From: an uncultured Nitrospiraceae bacterium
Lineage (GTDB): Bacteria; Nitrospirota; Thermodesulfovibrionia; Thermodesulfovibrionales; Dissulfurispiraceae
Reading direction: 5' to 3'
NCBI GenBank assembly: GCA_963727805.1
Contig: CAVSHF010000003.1
Location: 2,080,001 to 2,144,000 of the forward strand
DNA length: 64,000 bases
Below the pieces are notes generated by a model. The model had not been told where the DNA came from. It saw only the letters and a list, made by a program, of their open reading frames with translations, and did no database searches. Positions 31,779 through 40,406 of this stretch are shown here, in pieces. How positions within the stretch are numbered: the first letter of the stretch is position 1; each line of letters opens with the position of its first letter. The position numbers were made by a program, and so were the translations under genes.

Positions 31779-32444
31779 GTGTTTTTTGCGCACTAAGAGA
31801 AGTAGTAAGCCTAATAATAATTTCAACTTGTACTCTATCTATGATCATGATGCAGGTTGTGATGACTTCTGTTCGGATCTACCGCAGATGCTAACTGCAT
31901 GATAATATTTAGTGCTCGCAGTATGGTAAGACCGATGATTAAAAAGAAACTATCGTTGGCCCGTCGCAGATCTATTTTTCAAAACTCGCCCTGATCTGAC
32001 TCGCTAAGGATCGATGAGTCCACGAAGAAAGCATCGGTACGGGCGACTCTTTCCGGCCGTATAGCCTCTAATAATCATGCATCCAGAAATATCGAGAAAT
32101 ACGTTTAACTGTTCACAGTAAGTCTCGACAGGCAGAGACCATTCAATGCTGAAGGTTTCTGCCGGCAATCAATGTCCTTCAAGAGTTTGCAAGTGACGTC
32201 GTATGATGTAGAAGGCTCCGAGGGACTATTCGGGGAAAAATCTTATAGGCGGAAATCAAAAACCCACTTCAGCCACAAAGTCGAAAGCAGTTACTTCCCA
32301 CAATATTGTAGTATCGAACAACTTTGTTCTAAACATGAGAAGAATAAAAAAGCAAGTATACTTTAACTTCAACTACTTGCAAACTTAGCAAGCTTTTTGC
32401 TTATTAATACACGAATCAATAATCTGTCTTGAAAGGGGACTGCT

Positions 32445-32786
32445 ATGAAAAGGATAGAGGCAATCGTTCGCCCCACCGGGGTAAAGCAGGTATGCAACAT
32501 TTTGGAAAAAGTAGGCTATCCTGGTGTCACGATTTCGAACGTTGAAGGTCACGGTCGCCAAAAGGGTTTCCGCGAAGTTAATGTGCGCGGCAAGATGTGT
32601 AAAATGCCTTTCCTAGAGAAAAAGAGAATAATATTGGTTGTTCAAGACAATGATGCCGACAAGATCATTAAAGCTATCCGCGAGGCAGCATGCACAGGCA
32701 AAATGGGAGATGGCAAGATATTCGTCTCGCCCATGGACGATGTAATAAGGATAAGCACAGGCGAGACCGGCGACGTTGCGGTCTAG
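32445..32786 (+). CDS. P-II family signal-transduction protein (GlnB/GlnK-like, no T-loop Tyr)
   Basis: MKRIEAIVRP, GHGRQKG, TGKMGDGKIFV, RISTGE. Confidence 0.92.
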   Translation: MKRIEAIVRPTGVKQVCNILEKVGYPGVTISNVEGHGRQKGFREVNVRGKMCKMPFLEKKRIILVVQDNDADKIIKAIREAACTGKMGDGKIFVSPMDDVIRISTGETGDVAV

Positions 32787-32897
32787 ATTCTGAAGTCTTT
32801 TCTGGTCCGCAAACAGACATAATAGTCTTCAACAACTCACAGAAGTACTCACCTGTGAACATCGAGCTCTACATTAAGATAAATAGAGGTCGTCTTT

Positions 32898-32961
32898 CTT
32901 ATATAATTTTTATGCTCGACATACATTTTTACACTATTTTTACGGTCATCTCGGCTATCCT
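32898..32961 (+). promoter_or_regulatory. putative KdpE-dependent promoter 1 (kimA-like gene)
   Basis: Half-sites CTTAT 32898, TTTAT 32909, TTTACAC 32928, TTTAC 32939; -10 TATCCT at 32956. Confidence 0.65.
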
Positions 32962-32996
32962 GAAGAAATGGATCTCAGAAATCCCTTGGAGGAGAG

Positions 32997-34811
32997 ATGT
33001 CACTTAAAAGTATTCTTATAGGCAGACCCATTGAAACGGTCAGGGAAAAACACGAACGTCTTCCGAAAACCCTCGGTCTCGCTGTCTTTGCATCGGACGC
33101 GCTGTCTTCCGTGGCATATGCAACGGAGGAAATTCTTCTAGTGCTTGTGCTTGCTGGCACTACGATGCTTCACTATTCGATGCCAATTGCGATTGGGATA
33201 GCAGCCCTCATCACCATTGTTGCAATATCATATCGGCAGACCATCCACGCATATCCATCTGGTGGAGGGTCGTACATTGTTGCTAAAGACAATCTCGGCA
33301 TAAACGCCGGCCTTGTGGCAGCAGCGGCACTATTGATCGACTACGTGCTTACCGTCGCTGTCAGTATCACTGCAGGAGTGGAGGCGATAACTTCAGCAGT
33401 TCCAGCCCTTCAAAGCCATGCAGTCCTACTGAGCATGATTTCGCTGCTAGTTCTGACTGTCGGCAATTTGAGGGGCGTCAAGGAGTCAGGCAAGATATTT
33501 GCACTGCCGACATATGTATTTATCGGGAGTATATCCGCACTGATAATCTACGGGCTTTTTAAATATTTTTATTTGCCACACCCCCCTTTGCCCGAATACA
33601 AGGCAGCCCCGGCAGGCAGCATACTGCCGATATTCCTTGTGATGAGGGCCTTTGCATCAGGATGTACTGCACTGACAGGGATAGAAGCCGTATCGAATGG
33701 AGTGAAAGCTTTCAAGAAACCGGAGGCAAGAAATGCAAGCGTTACGCTGACCTGGATGGCTGCGATCCTTGGAATCTTCTTTATAGGGATTACCTTTCTT
33801 TCAAACCACTACGGTATACTTCCCAGCGAGAACGAAACAATTCTTTCGCAACTCGCGCGCACGGTGTTTTCACATGGGGTCCTCTACTATATAGTTCAGA
33901 TATCCACATTTCTGATCCTTATCCTGGCAGCAAACACCTCGTTCGCCGATTTCCCGAGGCTCTCCTCCATAATGGCCGTGGATGGTTATATGCCGAGGCA
34001 ACTTAGCAACCGAGGTGACAAACTCGTATTTTCAAACGGCATACTACTTCTCAGCCTTTTTTCCGCAATCCTTATCATCGGCTTCGGAGGAGAGACGCAT
34101 GCTCTCATCCCACTATATGCAGTCGGCGTCTTTCTTGCCTTTACATTGTCACAGATTGGTATGGTGAAGCACTGGATCGACAAAAAAGGAAGCCATTGGC
34201 AGAAATCGGCTGTGATCAACGGCATAGGAGGGATAACAACCGCGCTTGTTCTAATCGTGATAGCGGCGACGAAATTCATGCACGGGGCATGGCTGGTCAT
34301 CATAGCTATACCGACCATTATGTATCTGACCAAGAATGTCAAGTCCCATTACATGTCCGTTGCCGCCCAGCTGTCTCTTGAAGGACACATCAAAGAAACT
34401 GAATTTACCCACCATTCTGTAATTATCCCCATATCCGGCGTGCAGAAGGCCGTGATACATGCAGTCAAATATGCCAAGGCGCTTTCCGACGACGTTGCTG
34501 CCGTATATGTATGTCTGGACCCGGAAGAGACAAAAAGGATACAAATCAAATGGCATGAATACGGTATGGACGTGCCGCTAATAGTACTCGAATCACCGTA
34601 CCGTTCTATAATGAAGCCATTCCTCGATTTCCTGAACGAACTGCACGCAAGATATAAAATGGGCGTTATTACCGTCGTGCTGCCTGAGTTTGTCCCTCAA
34701 AAATGGTGGCATCACCTGCTCCATAACCAGACCGCCATTCTTATCAAAGGGGTGCTGACTTTTAAGCGGGGGATAGTGTCGACCAGCGTGCCGTTTCACT
34801 TAAACGAGTGA
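32997..34811 (+). CDS. kimA: KimA/YdaO-like APC-family K+/H+ symporter
   Basis: SDALSSVAY, YPSGGGSY, LIDYVLTVAV, LTGIEAVSN, ANTSFADFP, cytosolic domain ending WWHHLLHNQTA. The acidic and Tyr transport residues of B. subtilis KimA appear conserved. Confidence 0.85.
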   Translation: MSLKSILIGRPIETVREKHERLPKTLGLAVFASDALSSVAYATEEILLVLVLAGTTMLHYSMPIAIGIAALITIVAISYRQTIHAYPSGGGSYIVAKDNLGINAGLVAAAALLIDYVLTVAVSITAGVEAITSAVPALQSHAVLLSMISLLVLTVGNLRGVKESGKIFALPTYVFIGSISALIIYGLFKYFYLPHPPLPEYKAAPAGSILPIFLVMRAFASGCTALTGIEAVSNGVKAFKKPEARNASVTLTWMAAILGIFFIGITFLSNHYGILPSENETILSQLARTVFSHGVLYYIVQISTFLILILAANTSFADFPRLSSIMAVDGYMPRQLSNRGDKLVFSNGILLLSLFSAILIIGFGGETHALIPLYAVGVFLAFTLSQIGMVKHWIDKKGSHWQKSAVINGIGGITTALVLIVIAATKFMHGAWLVIIAIPTIMYLTKNVKSHYMSVAAQLSLEGHIKETEFTHHSVIIPISGVQKAVIHAVKYAKALSDDVAAVYVCLDPEETKRIQIKWHEYGMDVPLIVLESPYRSIMKPFLDFLNELHARYKMGVITVVLPEFVPQKWWHHLLHNQTAILIKGVLTFKRGIVSTSVPFHLNE

Positions 34812-34885
34812 ATTCTCCAGTGGCTACCGCAAAATGCGCCACTATCCCTCGGGCGAATCAACCCGCAATTCTCAGAGGTAGGTTG

Positions 34886-35035
34886 TCAATACCAGTAGAG
34901 TAGAGAACAGGGGATAGGGCTTTTGTCACTACGCCAGTTCTCCACTCTACCGCACTGATAGAGAGCCACCTCTGCCTGCACCTCAGGAATACCTACGTTC
35001 TTTGATAGCTTCTCTACGAGTTCTGCTTTGTTCAT
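34886..35035 (-). pseudogene. truncated HU-family DNA-binding protein
   Basis: MNKAELVEKLSKNVGIPEVQAEVAL after GGAG; similarity stops after about 25 aa at an inverted repeat. Confidence 0.6.
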
Positions 35036-35119
35036 ATTCTTGTTCTCCTATAAGGTAACTGATGCCAAAAATATACCACCTATACTTTCTCATGGACGTC
35101 TATTTGAAAGTACTCGTTA

Positions 35120-35185
35120 TATACGATAATTTTATGCTACCACCCTCATTATTTACACCTATTTTATTCATTTTTTTGATACTCT
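35120..35185 (+). promoter_or_regulatory. putative KdpE-dependent promoter 2
   Basis: TATAC 35120, TTTAT 35131, TTTACAC 35152, TTTAT 35163; -10 TACTCT at 35180. Confidence 0.7.
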
Positions 35186-35201
35186 GAAAACAGGGAGGTG
35201 G

Positions 35202-35309
35202 ATGAAAATGGAAGGCTTAAAATGGATAGCTCACATTTTTATAATGGTAACCGGGTTTATCATTCTCACCGGTTTGATGTTAAAACTTGTAAAACTCTTC
35301 AACGTATAA
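35202..35309 (+). CDS. 35-aa single-TM small protein
   Basis: MKMEGLKWIAHIFIMVTGFIILTGLMLKLVKLFNV; strong GGAGGTG RBS; its TAA abuts the next ATG. Below the ORF-track cutoff. Confidence 0.65.
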   Translation: MKMEGLKWIAHIFIMVTGFIILTGLMLKLVKLFNV

Positions 35310-35843
35310 ATGACAGAAATGAATAAATGGATTAACTTACAATCTTTGCAGTCCCTTCTCAGTGGAGCTGGCGCATCGCAAGTAGCCTTTTCAGAGCACC
35401 CGCTACTTGATGTGATGGCTCTTAATGCGAAGAGTGGCCATCATTTTGTAGTAATCCCAATCGCAAATGTGGACAAGCTGTCGATGAACGCAATCCGTTA
35501 TGCAAAACTCTTTAGCGGCGAAATTGTTGCAGTCCACATACTTCTTAATCCTTCGGACAAGGACAATATCAAATACCAGTGGAAAAAGCAAAATATAGAT
35601 ATTCCGCTTGTACTCTTCGAATCGTCCAATGGCTCTCTTATTGAGCCACTTATGACATATGTCGACGGAATACGTTGTCGCCATAAGGAAAGTGTCGTCA
35701 CTATTGTGTTACCGGTACTTGTCACGCTGAAATGGTGGCACCGCTATCTGCACGACCAGACGGCACGTTTAATTGAAAGGGTAGCGCAGCGAGATGCAGG
35801 CGTGGTGACAGTACGCGTTCCGTATTTTATTTGTAAAAATTAA
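35310..35843 (+). CDS. stand-alone paralogue of the KimA cytosolic domain
   Basis: Aligns without gaps to the C-terminal ~130 aa of the protein at 32997-34811 (HHxVxIPI, YAK, PL..ES, VTxVLP, KWWHxxLHxQTA, VP). Confidence 0.8.
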   Translation: MTEMNKWINLQSLQSLLSGAGASQVAFSEHPLLDVMALNAKSGHHFVVIPIANVDKLSMNAIRYAKLFSGEIVAVHILLNPSDKDNIKYQWKKQNIDIPLVLFESSNGSLIEPLMTYVDGIRCRHKESVVTIVLPVLVTLKWWHRYLHDQTARLIERVAQRDAGVVTVRVPYFICKN

Positions 35844-35870
35844 AATGAAAAAAAGATTGTAAATGCGATG

Positions 35871-35919
35871 GGCGATTTCAGAGATGACGTGGAGTGCTTC
35901 TCTCTGAATATCAGTAAGT
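35871..35919. repeat. ~50-bp dispersed repeat, copy A
   Basis: Matches 38402-38451; 15-bp identical core TTTCAGAGATGACGT. Confidence 0.7.
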
Positions 35920-36886
35920 TTTGGATAATTCGCGGTAGAATCCATGTCAGGTCAATGCAATATGACAATAATTGTGGAGGCAACCACATATTATATTGGC
36001 ATTCTGGAGATGAGAGGTACATATGATAGCAAAGTTGTTTGAGAAGGCAATAGGAATAGAAGCTCCTTGGTATGTGCGTGATATATCATTCGACATGGCT
36101 GGCAACAAGGTCACCATCTTCGTAGATTTTACGGTCGGCAGCCGGTTTCAGCACCCGCAATTTGAAGGTCTGTATCCGGTATATGACACGACCACTCAGC
36201 GCTATCGGCATCTGAACATTTTCGAGCACAAGTGCATCCTTGAGGTCCAAGTTCCTCGTGTGCAGTTGCCTGACGACTCGGTGCGGATGATCGAGCCCTC
36301 GTGGCCAGCTTCACGCAGCGGTTCGAAGCTCTGGTGTGATGCTCTGTCGGCAGATACCCTTTCAGTCTGTGCCAGCCTAGTCAACGAGAGGCGGCATAAG
36401 ATTGGCAACGATCTGTGGTCGTATAGTCGATTTGGCGCTTGCTGAGGCCAACTTCTCCGAGGTACTTGCAGTGGCTATCGACTAAACCTGTCGGTGCAAC
36501 GGCACATATCTATGTGACCGTGGCTGCTGATGCTGGACAGTGACCAGTTACTTTTTACCGAGGGCGGGGACACTGAAGCCCTTGCAGTTTTGGCCGAAGA
36601 TCTGCGCACTCATTGCGGTAATCCTGAGGCGATTGAATCGGTCAGCATCGACATGTCGCCTGTATACATCAAAAGCGTGGATGAGCACATTCCCAATGCG
36701 GAGATCACAATCGACAAGTGTCATATAATTACCCAAGCATCAAAGGCAGTAGACAAGACTCGAAGTATTGAACAGAACCGTGATCACCTAGAGGACATCG
36801 TCTTCTGGACTCGAACGCGCCGGCAAGATCGACTTTTCGCGGATAAACCCTTTTGTGGTGCTACTAACTTATAATTCAAAAGAGCC
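35918..36886 (+). mobile_element. ISL3-family remnant (transposase pseudogene at about 36023-36874)
   Basis: RHLNIF..VPRV, AVAID*, SIDMSP, IDKCHI motifs broken by stops, frameshifts and a deletion; right end ATTCAAAAGAGCC (reverse complement GGCTCTTTTGAAT); left end approximate. Confidence 0.8.
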
Positions 36887-37057
36887 TCAAAAGGTATATG
36901 ATGGGACCGCTCATTGCATTGAGTCGCTGTGCCGTCGGGATACAATATTTTGTTCATGTTCTCTTAACAAGTGCAGCTTTGCTCGTCACTCATCAAAATG
37001 CCCCGTCCTTCGGCAGGGAATTTTGTTATAATTGAAAAAACTCTCGGGAGACTATGC

Positions 37058-38290
37058 GTGGAATTAGCGATCAGCTTTGAGATGGCGAGGCAGCTATTGC
37101 TATCTTTTGCCGTCATCTTGGCTGCAGGCACCTTTTCGGTTTTTTTGTCACAAAAGCTCAAGGTCCCGGATGTGGCGACATTCCTTCTCGCAGGCATCCT
37201 GCTCGGACCTGAGGTGTCCAGTATCTTACACATCACTGCCGAATCTGATCTGAACCAAATCATACTTATATTTGGCGCCTGTTATATCCTCTTTGATGGC
37301 GGGGCTTCGATCAAGCTGAAGGTCATGAAGCAGATCTGGATTACTCTCTTCGTGCTCGCTACAATCGGCGTTATTATCATGACGACAATCACGGGTATTG
37401 CTGCTTATTATTTGCTGGGGCTCCCTTTAATTACAGCTCTATTGCTTGGTGCTGCAATTGCGCCCACTGATCCTGCAACGATAATCCCAGTTTTCCGCCA
37501 GGTCAGAGTAAAGGAGAGAATTTCACAGGCGCTGATCAGCGAATCGGCCTTTAACGATGCAACAGGCTCCGTCCTCACTTTCGCAGTCCTTTCTGTCGCC
37601 ATGGGTTCCGCCGGCTTTTCGTTAACAGCATCCCTTTCAGATCTTTTGAAACAGTCCGTCGGGGGTATTGTCATAGGCGGTGCAATGGGATATCTCAGTG
37701 CGCTGCTAATAACCCAAGAGAAGGTCGACTTCCAGGCCAAATATGCCCTTGTAATAACGCTGATGGCCGTCATCGGTACTTATCTGGGTGCGGACGGCAT
37801 ACAGACGAGCGGGTTCATGGCGGTTTTCGTTTTTGGAATCATCCTCGGCAACAAGGAAACCTTCGGCTTGCGGATGAATGTGGAGGAGCATGAAAAACTC
37901 CAGGAATATGTCGCAAGGACAGCTGTGATAATGAGGATGTTTATATTCATCCTCCTGGGCTCGCAGGTCGATTTCAGTCTAATGAGCAAATTCCTGTTCG
38001 GCGGGGTGATCATCGTCACCATCTTCATGCTGATCGCAAGGCCGATTACCGTTTTTTTATGCGCCCTTCCGGACCGGCAAGCAAAATGGAGCAGCAAAGA
38101 AATGCTCTTTATGAGCTGGACGAGAGAGACGGGCGTCATCCCCGCGGCACTTGCAGGCTTGATGATGGGAAAGCACGTGCCCGGGGCTGAAATCATAGCT
38201 GCCGTTACATTTATCGCTATTCTTATCACTATCCTAATCCAGGCGACGACTGCGAAATGGCTGGCGGGAAAATTGGGATTGCTGGAATAA
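37058..38290 (+). CDS. CPA1/NhaP-type cation:proton antiporter
   Basis: ILFDGG, PTDPA, ESAFND, RETGVIPAAL; many TM helices; GTG 37058 after GGGAG; TGTTATAAT extended -10 at 37024. Confidence 0.9.
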   Translation: MELAISFEMARQLLLSFAVILAAGTFSVFLSQKLKVPDVATFLLAGILLGPEVSSILHITAESDLNQIILIFGACYILFDGGASIKLKVMKQIWITLFVLATIGVIIMTTITGIAAYYLLGLPLITALLLGAAIAPTDPATIIPVFRQVRVKERISQALISESAFNDATGSVLTFAVLSVAMGSAGFSLTASLSDLLKQSVGGIVIGGAMGYLSALLITQEKVDFQAKYALVITLMAVIGTYLGADGIQTSGFMAVFVFGIILGNKETFGLRMNVEEHEKLQEYVARTAVIMRMFIFILLGSQVDFSLMSKFLFGGVIIVTIFMLIARPITVFLCALPDRQAKWSSKEMLFMSWTRETGVIPAALAGLMMGKHVPGAEIIAAVTFIAILITILIQATTAKWLAGKLGLLE

Positions 38291-38401
38291 GAAGCAAAGC
38301 AGTTGTAAATTGGCGAATGTTATGATAAAGCAGCTTTTTCTGGTACGCTGGTTATTTTCACTTACACGCTTAATGACGGCGCCCAGCTCGATTGCCGATT
38401 A

Positions 38402-38451
38402 GACGGTTTCAGAGATGACGTTGAAGTGCCTCTCCCCGAATACCTGTAAGT
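38402..38451. repeat. ~50-bp dispersed repeat, copy B
   Basis: Matches 35871-35919. Confidence 0.7.
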
Positions 38452-38608
38452 CATATCTGTAAATAGGACATTTTCACTTTGGCTTGACATCGTATCTGTA
38501 AAAGTTGACATTTCACTGAAGAATCTATTCCAGGTTATTTCAATAAGACAATCATTATGTCGGTGATTACATATTGGTATTTGTGTCAAAGAACTCGGAA
38601 TATGTTTT

Positions 38609-38674
38609 TTTACGAAATATTTATATCTTGGCACCCCTTTTTTACACTAACTTTATTCGGTTTTTTGCTACTTT
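38609..38674 (+). promoter_or_regulatory. putative KdpE-dependent promoter 3 (beta-barrel gene)
   Basis: TTTAC 38609, TTTAT 38620, TTTACAC 38641, TTTAT 38652; -10 TACTTT at 38669. Confidence 0.72.
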
Positions 38675-38809
38675 ATAAGTGGCGGAGCTTCGATTGAAGC
38701 TATTTGTTTCGTAATGGGCATTGTGATGTTCGATATTTGACATGTGATACTGTGGGCATATCCTTAACAAGGACTTGAGTCCTTTGAATAGTCATAGGGG
38801 GTTTTTAAC

Positions 38810-39670
38810 ATGAAACGTTTAATAGTATTTTTGACAGCAGTCTTTGCAGTGTGTCTTATCATTAACGTATACGCCGAAGAGCAGGCGCCGGCAGTAGCGC
38901 CCGCTCCGGCAGCAACTGCGGCACCGGATGTAACCGGCAGTGTCTCATTCGCCGGATTGAACAAGTATATCTTCAGGGGCGCCGAACTGAGCGCTAGGAG
39001 TGTAGTGTTGGAGCCTTCAGTAATAATCAACTACAAGGGATTTTCTCTTAATGTATGGGGTAACATCGACACTGACCAGCATCAGACCCAGGCGTTTACT
39101 CCCGGCAAAGATGGCAGCGGCGAAGGACACAAGAGCTTCAATGAAACCGATCTTACACTTAGCTATGCCTACGCTATCGATAAACTGAGCCTTACGGGCG
39201 GCTATATTTATTATGGGACCGAATATGTTCAGCAGACCCAGGAGCTCTATGTAAGCGCAACCTATGACATGATCACGCATCCGACGATCTCGGTATACCG
39301 CGACATTGATGCCAATCCAGGCTGGTATGTCAATCTTTCATTTTCGCAGTCTCAGCCTGTGGTCAAGATGCCGAACGGTGATATGACCGTCGATCTTGGC
39401 ACATCATTCGGTTATTACAATATCAGTAGCCTTACGCCTGCCAATAAAACATACAGCGCCCTGCATGACGGCATGGTTAAAGTCGGCCTCACCATCCCCG
39501 TGGTGAAGAATGTAGTCGTGCAGCCTATAACCCAGTACTGGTTCCCATTATCTAGTAAGGCACATCATGATCAGATTGTCACCGTTGGCGACAATATTTT
39601 CAATAACAATCCGGCCGCCCACATCGACAATACATTTGTCTTCGGCGTCGGCGTGACATTGAACTTCTAA
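38810..39670 (+). CDS. outer-membrane beta-barrel, TorF/Gcw_chp-like putative porin
   Basis: Signal peptide, Ala/Pro linker, NKYIFRG, ETDLTLSY, GYIYY amphipathic strands, C-terminal VTLNF. Confidence 0.75.
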   Translation: MKRLIVFLTAVFAVCLIINVYAEEQAPAVAPAPAATAAPDVTGSVSFAGLNKYIFRGAELSARSVVLEPSVIINYKGFSLNVWGNIDTDQHQTQAFTPGKDGSGEGHKSFNETDLTLSYAYAIDKLSLTGGYIYYGTEYVQQTQELYVSATYDMITHPTISVYRDIDANPGWYVNLSFSQSQPVVKMPNGDMTVDLGTSFGYYNISSLTPANKTYSALHDGMVKVGLTIPVVKNVVVQPITQYWFPLSSKAHHDQIVTVGDNIFNNNPAAHIDNTFVFGVGVTLNF

Positions 39671-39834
39671 ATTAAGCATAAGGGGCACAATTTCAAGAGG
39701 AGAAATTAGAATGAACCTTGTAATCTGCCTTCCGACAATGTTTGTTTTGGGTATCGGCGCAGTGACACTGTGCCATCTGCAAAAAAGGGCTCTTCAGTTG
39801 TCTCAGGAGATCCCTATTAAGAAAGGTCGAAGCA

Positions 39835-40032
39835 ATGGAATCACTCGAAAATAAATTAAGGGAAATTGAGAAGGACGAAATCATTCGCGCGCTCAAAGAA
39901 TGTAATTTCGTGAGAGCTAGAGCTGCGAGAAGGCTGGGCATTACAGGAAGGATGATTGGATACAGGATAAAAAAATACGGCTTAAGGATAAAGGAAGTGG
40001 GGCCGGTCGAAGAAAGCGGCGCAGAGCAATAG
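39835..40032 (+). CDS. stand-alone Fis-type HTH protein (resembles the C-terminus of sigma54 activators)
   Basis: LREIEKDEIIRALKECNFVRARAARRLGITGRMIGYRIKKYGL. Confidence 0.75.
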   Translation: MESLENKLREIEKDEIIRALKECNFVRARAARRLGITGRMIGYRIKKYGLRIKEVGPVEESGAEQ

Positions 40033-40212
40033 AACGCCTGGAATCGCAATATATAAATTATTCCTGAAATGAATAATGCATCGACATGGATAATAAAGAT
40101 AACCGGAATTCCCCCTGTTGCGCTCATTATGTTGTGCGTAAATGCTACGCAGGTTCCGAATGGAGCTCGAATCGCCCGTGCATACGACAGATTATTATCG
40201 CTGTCCTTAATT

Positions 40213-40278
40213 TTTACACTTTTTTTATACAATATGCCTATTTTTTTACACCTATTTGATTTTCTATGGTGATAAACT
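40213..40278 (+). promoter_or_regulatory. putative KdpE-dependent promoter 4 (kdp operon)
   Basis: TTTACAC 40213, TTTATAC 40224, TTTACAC 40245, TTGAT 40256; -10 TAAACT at 40273. Resembles the E. coli kdpFABC KdpE site (TTTATA/TTTACA half-sites 11 bp apart). Confidence 0.8.
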
Positions 40279-40296
40279 TTACAAATGGAGGTGCTT

Positions 40297-40380
40297 ATGG
40301 ACCTAATCTATTTCGGAATAATTGCAGTTTTTTTCGGGCTCACCTGGCTGCTGGTACTGGCTGCCGAAAAAGTTAAGTAG
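40297..40380 (+). CDS. 27-aa hydrophobic peptide upstream of kdpF
   Basis: MDLIYFGIIAVFFGLTWLLVLAAEKVK; GGAGGTG RBS. Confidence 0.75.
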   Translation: MDLIYFGIIAVFFGLTWLLVLAAEKVK

Positions 40381-40406
40381 CAGTTTAAAGAGATGAGGAG
40401 GTTAAA

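Noticed and set aside
31990..32030. Hammerhead-like CTGA...GAA with GACTC/GAGTC stem
   Set aside because: Does not match the CUGAnGA/GAAA core.
32787..32996. c-di-AMP (ydaO) riboswitch upstream of kimA
   Set aside because: The spacer is AT-rich and lacks the conserved riboswitch blocks; the putative -10 leaves only a ~30-nt leader.
34840..34885. GGGCGAATC...GGTAGG resembling part of a ydaO riboswitch
   Set aside because: It lies downstream of kimA and the other conserved elements are missing.
38628..38645. sigma54 promoter at TTGGCAC upstream of the barrel gene
   Set aside because: No GC at the -12 position; the sequence is the spacer of the KdpE-like array.
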